The notes: generated by a model from the sequence alone, not told the origin. A stretch of DNA of 64,000 nt from Candidatus Limivicinus sp. (GCA_050943875.1 JBMNPZ010000007.1:7683-71682), one strand, 5' to 3'. Shown: positions 44,814-54,078, counted from the stretch's first letter. Translations and numbers: made by a program.

Positions 44814-44972
44814 TTTAATATTCTCCTTTATTCAGTTTAATAAATAATAATGCGGGCCCTGCCGCGAAATTTCAAATAAGTATTTGATTTCAGCCCCGCC
44901 ATCGTCTGCCCGGACACATATTTTTTACCTCCGCAAAGAAAAATTCCTCTGATTCGTCTCCCTCAGAGGAAT

Positions 44973-45258
44973 AAAAAAGCGCCCCTGACGGAAACAGACT
45001 TCCGTCAGGGACGAATATAAACTATCCGCGGTGCCACCCCGAATTCAGGGCCCAAGCCCTGCGCTTGACAGGATACCAGCATATCCCCGGCAACTGACGC
45101 ATGCCCCCGCGTCGCAGAATACTCTGTGCAAGCACATTTCACTGCGCCCTCTGCGGTCCATTTGACAATCTGTCTCCTGTCCGGCTCTCAGCCGCCCGGA
45201 CTCTCTGTGAGGGCATAACTGCCTTTATCTCCGCTTCATCGGTTTAAAATATTAAATT
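44973..45258 (-). promoter_or_regulatory. T-box riboswitch leader, putative Trp (UGG) specifier
   Basis: The minus strand contains Stem I elements (AGAGAG, then CCGG-GCGGCUGAGAG-CCGG distal) and a candidate specifier AAA-UGG-A (45160..45158). The conserved T-box sequence is TTCGGGGTGGCACCGCGG (45046..45026). A terminator CCCTGACGGAA-N6-TTCCGTCAGGG (45010..44983) is followed by TTTTTT. Confidence 0.8.
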
Positions 45259-45264
45259 AACTGG

Positions 45265-45293
45265 ATTATAACATTGCTGCCGCTCCCTGTCAA
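45265..45293 (-). promoter_or_regulatory. Sigma-A type promoter driving the T-box/trpB transcript
   Basis: Minus strand TTGACA (45293..45288), 17-nt spacer, TATAAT (45270..45265). Confidence 0.6.
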
Positions 45294-45492
45294 CGGGAAA
45301 ACTGTCCCTTTCAGGCAGAAAATCAAAGGGGCAACGGAAATTTTGGGAAATGTTTTCCGTATTTACTTCCGTCCTTTTCGGCAGAGCCGCTCTTGCGAAA
45401 TTGAAGCCCTTGAAATGCCCGGCGGGGCGTGATATTCTGGCGGTGAAGAATCAAAATACAGATTTAACCGACAGGTCAAAGAGGTATTCAGT

Positions 45493-45891
45493 ATGGAAAA
45501 GAAAACAAGAATTATCATCTCCGCCGCCTTTGTTATAAGCCTCCTGCCCATGCTTCTGCCTCAGTACGGCGGCTGCAGGGGTGTGCAGGAGATAAGCGGC
45601 CTTGTAAATCTCTCAAATCCTGTGGGGATCATATCTGTAATTCTCTTCTTCGCCGGAATCCTCTTTGAGAAAAAACATATGGGGCTAATCGGCTGTATCG
45701 GCGTTGCGGCCTCAGAGATATTTGAATTTCTCACCTGGCACATCATGACGATCAGCGGGCAGTTCAGTCTGGAGACAAGCTTCCGCCTCGCCTATCCCGA
45801 ATTTTACATAGGCCTTGCGGCTTCGGCTGCTATGATTGTCTTGTATTGCTTTTTGGTATTCCGGAAGGAGCCGGATGACAGGGAAAAATAA
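45493..45891 (+). CDS. Hypothetical integral membrane protein (4 TM)
   Basis: 132 aa, hydrophobic, with an AGAGG RBS and a downstream terminator. No family recognised. Confidence 0.6.
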   Translation: MEKKTRIIISAAFVISLLPMLLPQYGGCRGVQEISGLVNLSNPVGIISVILFFAGILFEKKHMGLIGCIGVAASEIFEFLTWHIMTISGQFSLETSFRLAYPEFYIGLAASAAMIVLYCFLVFRKEPDDREK

Positions 45892-45905
45892 AAAAATAAA
45901 AACTG

Positions 45906-45929
45906 CGCCCGCGGAAAATTCCGCGGGCG
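45906..45929. terminator. Bidirectional terminator between convergent genes
   Basis: CGCCCGCGGAA-AA-TTCCGCGGGCG, flanked by an A-run and a T-run. Confidence 0.7.
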
Positions 45930-45986
45930 TTTAACTATATTAGATAAGTTTATCACGCTGTAAATCTTATGGGGATACAGGCTGAA

Positions 45987-47114
45987 TTACTCCATCTTAT
46001 ACAGAAGAAGAGTACGAATGACGGACTCCGTGAGTAAGCCCAGGTCCGCCGCCGCGGTCTTTTTTATCTCCTCAAAGCTGCAGGGGCCCTTCACCGCACT
46101 GAAAATTGCGCTGATGCCGCAGTCGTACAGGGCCTCTGCCCCTCTCCCGATGCTGCCGCAGAGGGCAAGGCAGGGCACCCCCGCTTTTTTGCAGCGGAGC
46201 CCCACACCTGCAGGGACTTTTCCGGCGGCGCTCTGCCAGTCTATCCGCCCCTCCCCTGTGATCACAAGGCAGGTATTCCGGAGCTCTTCGTCGAACTTTG
46301 CCGCCTCAAGGAGCAGCTCTGTTCCGGGCTTCAGCTCCCCCTTCAGCATCAGCAGCACCCCGGCACCCATTCCGCCGGCGGCCCCTGTCCCGGGAGCTTT
46401 GGCACAGCCTGTGCCGTACTTCTCCTCCAGCACCCTCTCAAAATGGCAGACGCCTCTCTCCAGGATTTCCTGCATCTCCCTGTCCGCACCCTTCTGGGCC
46501 GAGAAAGTATATACTGCACCGTTTGGGCCGGATAGCGGGTTTGATACATCGCAGGCAGCGCAGATCTCCACATCCGGCATTCTCTCCGGCTCTGCGATGC
46601 AGCAAATCTTTTCCAGATTGCAGGCCGCAGGCTCCACCTCAGCACCTCTGCTGTCATAAAAGCGGAAGCCCAGGGCCCCGGCCATTCCTGCACCGCAGTC
46701 ATTGGTGCAGCTGCCGCCGAGACCCAGCAGGATTTTTTTAATCCCCCGCCTCTCTGCGTCCAGAATCAGCTCACCCACGCCCCGGGTCGTGGTGTGCAGC
46801 GGGTCCTCCCTCCCCCTTACAAGGGGGAGTCCCGCCGCCGCGGCCATCTCCATCACGGCACTCCCGTCGGGCAGGATTCCGTAGGCGGCCTTCAGCTTTT
46901 CACCCAGAGGGCCGGTCACATCGGCCTCAACCCGCGTTCCCCCCAGCACACGGAGGAAAGAATTCACCATCCCCTCTCCCCCGTCCGCCATGGGCAGAGA
47001 GATAAGCTCCGCCTCCGGGAGATATTTTTTAATTGCCTCCCTCTCAATGCGGCAGACCTCCTCCGCAGAGAGTGTGCCCTTGAAGGAATCCGGGGCCAGT
47101 ATAATTTTTTTCAT
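45987..47114 (-). CDS. Glycerate kinase
   Basis: MKKIILAPDSFKGTLSA...ADGGEG...ITGEGRID, typical of the GlxK/GarK family. Confidence 0.9.
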   Translation of the reverse strand: MKKIILAPDSFKGTLSAEEVCRIEREAIKKYLPEAELISLPMADGGEGMVNSFLRVLGGTRVEADVTGPLGEKLKAAYGILPDGSAVMEMAAAAGLPLVRGREDPLHTTTRGVGELILDAERRGIKKILLGLGGSCTNDCGAGMAGALGFRFYDSRGAEVEPAACNLEKICCIAEPERMPDVEICAACDVSNPLSGPNGAVYTFSAQKGADREMQEILERGVCHFERVLEEKYGTGCAKAPGTGAAGGMGAGVLLMLKGELKPGTELLLEAAKFDEELRNTCLVITGEGRIDWQSAAGKVPAGVGLRCKKAGVPCLALCGSIGRGAEALYDCGISAIFSAVKGPCSFEEIKKTAAADLGLLTESVIRTLLLYKME

Positions 47115-47132
47115 ATCCGGCTCTCCTTATTC

Positions 47133-47894
47133 TCAGTCCGCAAAAATGAAGTTCTGCGGAAATTCGGTCTCCTCCGGCCGGGGGCCGTCAATAAACACCT
47201 GCCGGAAGCTGTCCAATGCGGAAAAGCAGAAAAGCCCCGCAATGCTCAGCTTGCTCCGGTCTGCAAGGAGATAGCTCTCGGCCGCGTTCTCCATGGCGAT
47301 TTTCTTCAGGCGCATGCACTCCATATCTGTCTCATAGGCCGTATTTTTGGATATATTCAGGCCCATACAGCCTAAAAATGCCCTGTGGAACTGGAAAAGT
47401 CTGAGATTTTCCTCCGCCATGGGGCCAAGGGCGGCCCTGTCTGCCCGGGAAAGTCTGCCGCCGAGAACAAAGACCTCCGCCTTCGTCTCCGCATTCAGTC
47501 TGCGGCCCAGCTCAAAATTCGGGGTCACAATCTGTATGGGCAAGGTGAGGAGCAGCGGGGCCATGGGCGAGATGCTTGTCCCCATGTCGAGAAAAATACA
47601 CTCCCCCGGCTTTACCACAGCCGCTGCGGCCGCCGCGATGCGCCTTTTTGCCGCCGTGTTCACGCTGTTCTTCGCCTGGGATGACAGCTCCACATCAAAG
47701 CGGCCCTCCTCCCCCTCGGGGCGCATGGCGCCGCTGAGAACGCGCCGCAGCTTTCCCTGCTTCTCCAGCTTCTCAAAATCCCGGCGCACCGTGGCGTCAG
47801 ATACGCCCAGCTCTGCGGCTATGCTCTTGTAGTCCACTATGCCCGCCTCATTCAGGCGGTTTATGATATAAAGACCTCTCTCTGACGCAATCAT
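47133..47894 (-). CDS. DeoR family transcriptional regulator
   Basis: N-terminal HTH (ERGLYIINRLNEAGIVDYKSIAAELGVSDATVRRDFEKLE) plus a DeoR C-terminal sensor domain. Confidence 0.9.
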   Translation of the reverse strand: MIASERGLYIINRLNEAGIVDYKSIAAELGVSDATVRRDFEKLEKQGKLRRVLSGAMRPEGEEGRFDVELSSQAKNSVNTAAKRRIAAAAAAVVKPGECIFLDMGTSISPMAPLLLTLPIQIVTPNFELGRRLNAETKAEVFVLGGRLSRADRAALGPMAEENLRLFQFHRAFLGCMGLNISKNTAYETDMECMRLKKIAMENAAESYLLADRSKLSIAGLFCFSALDSFRQVFIDGPRPEETEFPQNFIFAD

Positions 47895-47912
47895 ATCTCT
47901 GCTGCCTCCGGC

Positions 47913-48860
47913 TCAGTTTTTCATCCTGTCAAGGAAGGCCGCCCCTATGGTACCCGCGGCGTTGCCCCTGACGGCACAGGCTATCGGGGGAACCGGCACG
48001 GCCTCGCCGTTGAAGGTGTATTTTTTAACCTTTTCCCTCAGGGGCTTCATGAGATATTCCCCCTGGGCTGAAAGTCCGCCGCCGATGATCACAATATTGG
48101 GTCTGAATATGCTGATAAGCCCCCCGATGCCGTGGGCCACATATTCCTCATACTGATCTATAACCTCAAGGGCGGTCTCATCCCCCTGCTGTGCGCAGTC
48201 GAATATTACCCGCCCGTTTATCTCTCCCCTGTTTTTGAGGGCCTCATGGAGCGCGGACTCGGGATGGAGCTCCATGGCCTCCTTGGCCTGCCGTATGAGG
48301 GCCGTCACAGAGGCATAGGCCTCATAGCAGCCCTCTATGCCGCAGGTGCATTTGATGCCCCCGTGTACAAGGGGAAAATGCCCCGGCTCCGTGCCCAGGA
48401 AGTCGCCGCCGCTGTAGAGCCGGTTATTTATGATAATTCCGCCCCCGACGCCGGTACCCAGAGTGAGCATGATAACATTTCTAAATCCCTTTGCCGCGCC
48501 TGCCAGGCTCTCTCCCACCACGGCGCAGTCCGCATCATTGCCCAGATATACCGGTATGGGGAAATACTTTTCCATCTCCCGGCGCAGGGGCATGTCGCAC
48601 CAGTTATTGTTGTTGGAATATACAAGCCTGCCCTCATCATCTATGCTGCTGGGGACGCCCACGCCCACGGAGCGGAAATCGCTGAGCCGCAGGCCCATCT
48701 CCCTTGCGAGAGCCCTGGCGCAGCCAGCCATGTCCGCCACCGCTTTTTCAAATTCCGGCGCGGTGGGCACGGAGCGGCTGCATACCACGTTGTATTCCTC
48801 ATCCACGGCGCCCATTTTGATGGCGGTGCCCCCCAGATCTATTCCGATGCGGTATTCCAT
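47913..48860 (-). CDS. ROK family sugar kinase
   Basis: IGIDLGGTAIK, LGNDADCAVVGE and the CxCGxxGC zinc motif (CTCGIEGC). GGGAG RBS lies before ATG 48860. Confidence 0.88.
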   Translation of the reverse strand: MEYRIGIDLGGTAIKMGAVDEEYNVVCSRSVPTAPEFEKAVADMAGCARALAREMGLRLSDFRSVGVGVPSSIDDEGRLVYSNNNNWCDMPLRREMEKYFPIPVYLGNDADCAVVGESLAGAAKGFRNVIMLTLGTGVGGGIIINNRLYSGGDFLGTEPGHFPLVHGGIKCTCGIEGCYEAYASVTALIRQAKEAMELHPESALHEALKNRGEINGRVIFDCAQQGDETALEVIDQYEEYVAHGIGGLISIFRPNIVIIGGGLSAQGEYLMKPLREKVKKYTFNGEAVPVPPIACAVRGNAAGTIGAAFLDRMKN

Positions 48861-49075
48861 ATAAATATCTCCCTTCCCGCCTGCGTGCAGCTTTACAGTA
48901 TTTTCTGCACCCATTATAGTATTATTTGCATATATCGTCAATTATTTTCATATATTTTCACATTTTGAAGAACAATGATTTTTCTTGCATATTTATGAGA
49001 GCTAATATATAATTATATTATACGGAATATGGGTTCCATGTCAACGAAAAATAATGAATAAACGGAGGTCTTAAA

Positions 49076-50155
49076 ATGGACAAAACAAAGGTTGCCGTAC
49101 TGGGCTGCGGCTTTATTTCCCACATCCACGTATCTTCCTACAAGCGTTTTGTGCCCGACGCAGAGGTGGTGGCGGTCTACGCCCGGCATCTGGACAAGGC
49201 AAAGGCTTTTGCAGAGGAGATGGGAATTCCCGCATATTATGACGATGTGGACAAACTCCTTGCGGAGTGCGACTGCGACATCGTGGATATCTGCATACCG
49301 AACTATCTCCACCACGACGCCTGCCTGAAGGCGGCAAAGGCGGGAAAACATGTGATAGTGGAAAAACCCCTCTGCCTTTCCGTCCGGGAGGCGGATGAGA
49401 TGATCGCCGCCTGCAGGGAGAACAACCGTCTCCTGATGTACGCGGAGGAGCTCTGCTTTGCTCCCAAGTATGAGCGGGTGCGGGCCATAGTGGAGAGCGG
49501 TGCCGTGGGCAGCGTCTACATGCTCAAGCAGTGCGAAAAGCACTCCGGCCCCCACAGCCGCTGGTTCTATGAGTCTGACAAGTCCGGCGGCGGCGTCATG
49601 ATGGATATGGGCTGCCACGCCATCTCCTGGTTTATGTGGATGCTCAAGGGCGCAGTGCCCAAAAATGTCTACGGCAACTTCATGAGGGTATATCAGGACA
49701 CCGACGCCGAGGATAACTCCGTCACCCAGATTGAGTTTGACTACAAGGGCCGCAAGGTCCTGTGCATCGGCGAGGACAGCTGGGTAAAGCAGGGCGGCAT
49801 GCAGGACTGCATAGAGATCTACGGCGACAAGGGCGTCGTATATTCAGACCTCTTCCAGGGCAACTCCTCCCAGATATACAGCCTCGACGGCTATGACTAC
49901 GCCAGCGAGAAGGCCGGCGCCACCAACGGCTGGACCTTCCCGATATTTGAGGAGGCCTTCAACCAGGGCTATCCCCAGGAGCTTGGCCACTTTGTGGACT
50001 GTGTCAGAAACGGCAAAAAGCCTGTCTCGGACGGCGAGCTGGGCAAGGCCACGCTGGAGATCATCCACGCCGCCTATGCCTCGGCGAAAAAGGGTGCCAA
50101 GGTGGAGCTGCCCTTCCAGTCCACCGCCGAGAAGCCCGTTGAAAACTGGAGGTAA
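49076..50155 (+). CDS. Gfo/Idh/MocA family NAD(P)-dependent oxidoreductase
   Basis: Rossmann N-terminus VAVLGCGFISHIH and the EKP motif (VIVEKPL). Confidence 0.9.
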   Translation: MDKTKVAVLGCGFISHIHVSSYKRFVPDAEVVAVYARHLDKAKAFAEEMGIPAYYDDVDKLLAECDCDIVDICIPNYLHHDACLKAAKAGKHVIVEKPLCLSVREADEMIAACRENNRLLMYAEELCFAPKYERVRAIVESGAVGSVYMLKQCEKHSGPHSRWFYESDKSGGGVMMDMGCHAISWFMWMLKGAVPKNVYGNFMRVYQDTDAEDNSVTQIEFDYKGRKVLCIGEDSWVKQGGMQDCIEIYGDKGVVYSDLFQGNSSQIYSLDGYDYASEKAGATNGWTFPIFEEAFNQGYPQELGHFVDCVRNGKKPVSDGELGKATLEIIHAAYASAKKGAKVELPFQSTAEKPVENWR

Positions 50156-50157
50156 GC

Positions 50158-50874
50158 ATGAGGCGATTCTCCGATGACGGAGAGCTGGGTCAGTACACAG
50201 CTGACATAATTGAGGCCCTTGTAAAGGCAAAACCGGAGGCTAAAATCTGCATTGCCGCCGGAACCAGCTCCTTTCCGGTCTTTGACGCCCTGGCGGCGCG
50301 GGTGAAGAGCGGGAGACTCTCCTTCAAAAAAGCCAGCTTTTTCGGTATGGATGAGTGGTGCGGCCTTCCCATGGATGCGGACGGGGCAATGGCGGATTTC
50401 CTCCGGCGGCATTTTCTCAATGCCGTGGATTTCGGATATACCTTCCTTTTTGACGGCATGGCGGAGCCTGAGGCCGAGTGCGCCCGGGCTGAGGAATTTT
50501 TCCGCCGCCGCGGGGCGCTGGATATAATCGTTTTCGGCATAGGCGTGAACGGGCATGTGGCGCTGAACGAGCCCGGCGTCTCCCCTGATGAGAGGACCCA
50601 CGTGGCCGCGGTCTCCCCTGTCACCGCAAATGTTGCGCAGAAGTATTTCAGCGGTAAAGCCCCGAAGCTCACAAAAGGCATAAGCATAGGCCTTGCCAAC
50701 GCGGCGGAGGCGGGCAAAATCCTCCTTGTGGCGAATACTCCCGCCAAGCGTCACGCCGTGGAGGAGATTTTAAAGCTCCTTGCCGCAGGACAGAGCAGCC
50801 GGGAATATCCCGCCTCCATAGCCGCGGCCATGCCCGGGGCGGAGCTTTTGGTGACCGATGCGGTTTTTGAATAG
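50158..50874 (+). CDS. Glucosamine-6-phosphate deaminase / 6-phosphogluconolactonase family protein
   Basis: Motifs FFGMDEW and GIGVNGHVALNEPG, typical of the NagB/Pgl-like fold. It starts 3 nt after the oxidoreductase stop. Confidence 0.8.
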   Translation: MRRFSDDGELGQYTADIIEALVKAKPEAKICIAAGTSSFPVFDALAARVKSGRLSFKKASFFGMDEWCGLPMDADGAMADFLRRHFLNAVDFGYTFLFDGMAEPEAECARAEEFFRRRGALDIIVFGIGVNGHVALNEPGVSPDERTHVAAVSPVTANVAQKYFSGKAPKLTKGISIGLANAAEAGKILLVANTPAKRHAVEEILKLLAAGQSSREYPASIAAAMPGAELLVTDAVFE

Positions 50875-50972
50875 CTGAGTCCTTGCACCGGTTTGGGTCT
50901 GGTTATACCGCAGGAGGGAATGAGCCGCTGTTAACGGCAAATTTCCGGTACAAATCTGAAAATTTAAGAGAG

Positions 50973-51004
50973 AAGCAGCACGCGAAAATTATCGCGTGCT
51001 GCTT
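50973..51004. terminator. Bidirectional terminator between convergent operons
   Basis: AAGCAGCACGCGA-N6-TCGCGTGCTGCTT, a 13-bp stem with a T-rich tail. Confidence 0.7.
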
Positions 51005-51076
51005 TTGTATTTATTCAGGAAATCCCGCCCGGCTATAGTCTGTGAAATCTTTGCAGATCTGCTGTCAGTCCGTGTT

Positions 51077-52549
51077 TTACTGCGTCTCCTCCGAAGCGGA
51101 AAAAATCTTCTTGAAGATGTCCTCTCCGAAGGCCGTTTTCAGGGGCTTTCCCAAAATAAGCCGGAAGCTGCGCTTCCCGTTCTCCCTTCTGTCAGCCCGG
51201 AGGCACAGGGTCTCAGGCAGCTCCGCAAACTTCATGGCGTAATTTATGAGATGCGTCACTGTAAACATCTCCACATCCCTCTCCAGCAGTGCCCGGGTGA
51301 TCTGGCTCAGGATTTCAGAGCCCTCCGGGTCGTTGGTGGAGGCGAAGGACTCATTGGAGAGCAGCATGCCCCCCGGCACCATGCCGTCAATTATTCCGCT
51401 CATTCTCCCGAGCTCCTCGTCCAGCTTGCCGCTGTCCATCTCAGCGTCCTCCTCCCGTTTGAAATGGGTATAGATGCACCTTTTTACCGGGAAGACGCAG
51501 CTCTCAGCGCAGACAAAGAGTCCGCACTGGGCCATGAGCTGACACTGGCCTATGCTCCTGAGGAAGGTGGTCTTGCCCCCCTGATTGGCGCCGGTTATGA
51601 GGCAGAGCTTCTTCCCGCCCATCTCCAGCGTGTTGCCCACAACCTCTCCGCCCTTCAGCAGTCCCAGACTGCAGTCGCAGAGCTCCCGCCAGAGCTGTTT
51701 CCCGTCTCTGTCCGGCACCGGGAAGCTGTGAGGCAGCCCCAGCTTCTCCAGCCTGTCCCGGAGATTCAGCGCCCCCACATAGAAGGCCAGCTCTTTTCTC
51801 AGCTGTTCCGTGAAGCTCTCCAGGCTGTCGGCGGCCTGAGCCATGGCATTTGCCACCTCGTTTATGGCCCTGTCCCGGCGCGCCCCCAAATCGGCTGCCC
51901 CGGCCATATCCCGCTCCGCCACGGTGTAGGAGGGGAGGGTCAGCCAGCGCAGGCGGGCAAAGCCCCGGTCCTGCTGCCGCTTCACATAGGAAATCCCCTG
52001 CAGGAATGAGCCGAAGCCCGCGCTTATGAGGATCCCGTCGCTCTGGTCCAGCCCGCTCTCCAGAGAGCGGACCTCGTCCAGATATTCCTCCGAGAGCTCC
52101 CGGGACAGTGTGGAGGAAAAGCGGCGCAGTCCCTCTGAGGAAAATTTTACATTCTCCACGGCCCTGCGTATCTCCACCAGGGCCTCCATATATATATTCA
52201 GGAGATAGGCGGCGCTGGAATAGATCGAGGAGAGGTACCTTGAGCTGAGGCGGTACCAGGAGCCCCTTCTCTTTCCCTCCGCCTCCTGACAGATTCTGTA
52301 CAGTCTGCGGATGAGCCCGGGCCTTGCGATGCAGTCTCTCAGAATGTCCTGACGGAAAATTATCTCCTCCCCGGACTGGAGAGGCCTGTCCAGAAGCTGC
52401 CTGCAGACCGAATAGATCTCGTTATTTCCGCCGCTCATGGCTTTCAAAATATGTTCCAGCTCCAGATCCGCGAAGCGCTCATCCCACCGGGCATCGGGCT
52501 TTTCGCTCCACACCGGCTCGGCATCCTGATACAGCAGTCCTGCCCTCAT
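51077..52549 (-). CDS. MutS domain V-like ABC ATPase lacking mismatch-recognition and nuclease domains (paralog B)
   Basis: Walker A ITGANQGGKTTFLRSIGQ and a MutS-like core/lever region (EEIIFRQDILRD). The Walker B-equivalent reads MLLSNESFASTN (N-E rather than D-E). Confidence 0.8.
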   Translation of the reverse strand: MRAGLLYQDAEPVWSEKPDARWDERFADLELEHILKAMSGGNNEIYSVCRQLLDRPLQSGEEIIFRQDILRDCIARPGLIRRLYRICQEAEGKRRGSWYRLSSRYLSSIYSSAAYLLNIYMEALVEIRRAVENVKFSSEGLRRFSSTLSRELSEEYLDEVRSLESGLDQSDGILISAGFGSFLQGISYVKRQQDRGFARLRWLTLPSYTVAERDMAGAADLGARRDRAINEVANAMAQAADSLESFTEQLRKELAFYVGALNLRDRLEKLGLPHSFPVPDRDGKQLWRELCDCSLGLLKGGEVVGNTLEMGGKKLCLITGANQGGKTTFLRSIGQCQLMAQCGLFVCAESCVFPVKRCIYTHFKREEDAEMDSGKLDEELGRMSGIIDGMVPGGMLLSNESFASTNDPEGSEILSQITRALLERDVEMFTVTHLINYAMKFAELPETLCLRADRRENGKRSFRLILGKPLKTAFGEDIFKKIFSASEETQ

Positions 52550-54078
52550 GGTGAAATCCTCCTTAAAATCTGCTCATAGCCGAGGCCGTGCCCTGCGGCC
52601 AGGGTCATGGCGTAGGCAAGGCCATCCGGCGGTCTCCTGACCACCTTAAATGTCCGCTTTCCAGGGTCATCGGGGTCAACCGTGCTCACCATGCTGACGG
52701 TGCCGGGGCCGCAGTCCGCGAGGGCGTCCAGAAAGGTCACGATCACGCAGCGGGCGCCGATCTCGGTCAGCTTCTCCATCATGTATCTCCCCAGCTTCTC
52801 AGCGTCCTCCAGAACCGTGGAGGCGAAAATCTCATTTATGATAACAAGGCTGCTGGCCGTGGTCCTCTCAAGGAGGCTGTGGAGCCGCTTCAGATCGTCC
52901 TCCAGCTTCCCGCTGAGCTTTGTCAGGTCCTCTTCCCGCTCAAAGTGGGTGAGCACCTGGTCCGGCAGCAGCAGATTTGCGGCGCTCCCCGGCACGGAGA
53001 GACCCAGAGATGCCAGATAGTGGATCTGCCCCAGTGCCCGGGCGAAGGTGGTCTTTCCCCCCTGGTTGGGGCCGGTCACAACGAGGATTTTTTCCCGTCC
53101 CTCCAAATAGAAGTCATTTCTGACAATTCTTCTCCCGATCTTCTTTGCCAGAACGATGTCGAAAAAGCCGCTGCAGAACAGCCTTCCCCCGCCGAAATCC
53201 GGAAAGCAGAAGGGCAGGCCGCAGCCCATGAGATCCCCCGTTCTGTCCAGCCAGGAGAGGTAAAAGCGCATCTCCCGGCAGAATTTCAGCAGCCCCGTGT
53301 CAATGAAATCCGAATACTTACGGATATATTCCGTGAGCCGGTTAAAAAGCGCCGGATAGATGCGGGATAGGCAGCTGAGCACAGCGGCCTCCACATGCTC
53401 CGCGCGGGGGCACTCCTCCAGCTGCTGGCGGTAATCCTTCCCGCCCTCCCGCCGGAATTTGCTGAAGACCGCGGTGATTTTCTCCGACAGATTCTCCTCA
53501 CCTTCATATTTTTTCACATGGACTGTCCCGTTTTTAATCAGCATACAGTACTGCTCCCGGTCGAAATCCCGCCGGAGCTCAATCTGATTTTCCCTGAGTC
53601 CGGTGTAAAAATCCGACTCACAGAGCTCCTCCAGAGACCCCGCCGCAAGCCTCAGCCCCCGGGATTTCAGCCCCATCTCCGGAAGTCTCCGGCGTAGAGC
53701 CTCAATACTGCGGCAGTAGCGCTCCCCAAAGTCCAGGATATGGCCGAAAAGCAGGTAGTTGCAGCTCCTGGGGCTTCCGGATCGGAGCTCCTCCTCCGCC
53801 CGCTCCTGCTGCTTTTTCAGCTCACATATCTCCCGTGAAAAGCTGTCCAGGATTTTCCTGTTGTCCCCCCGGAGGAGGTCTTTGAAAATCTCCTGCCGGA
53901 AGACGATGTCCTCCGGACTTTTCAGAGGCGTATGGTAGAGAGGGGCCAGGTCGAAATATTTTTCTCTCTCCAGTATGGGGTCTATAAGCTTGTCCAGATT
54001 CAGGTCCCGAAAGCAGTCCGGTTCTTCCGAGGTCAAAATCTGACCGCCATTTCCACAGAATAAAACACTTTGAAACAT
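52546..54078 (-). CDS. MutS domain V-like ABC ATPase lacking mismatch-recognition and nuclease domains (paralog A)
   Basis: Walker A VTGPNQGGKTTFARALGQ, EDIVFRQEIFKDL and LVIINEIFASTV. I chose ATG 54078 (GGAGGG RBS); the track ORF start is 54192. An ATGA overlap links it to paralog B. Confidence 0.8.
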   Translation of the reverse strand: MFQSVLFCGNGGQILTSEEPDCFRDLNLDKLIDPILEREKYFDLAPLYHTPLKSPEDIVFRQEIFKDLLRGDNRKILDSFSREICELKKQQERAEEELRSGSPRSCNYLLFGHILDFGERYCRSIEALRRRLPEMGLKSRGLRLAAGSLEELCESDFYTGLRENQIELRRDFDREQYCMLIKNGTVHVKKYEGEENLSEKITAVFSKFRREGGKDYRQQLEECPRAEHVEAAVLSCLSRIYPALFNRLTEYIRKYSDFIDTGLLKFCREMRFYLSWLDRTGDLMGCGLPFCFPDFGGGRLFCSGFFDIVLAKKIGRRIVRNDFYLEGREKILVVTGPNQGGKTTFARALGQIHYLASLGLSVPGSAANLLLPDQVLTHFEREEDLTKLSGKLEDDLKRLHSLLERTTASSLVIINEIFASTVLEDAEKLGRYMMEKLTEIGARCVIVTFLDALADCGPGTVSMVSTVDPDDPGKRTFKVVRRPPDGLAYAMTLAAGHGLGYEQILRRISP

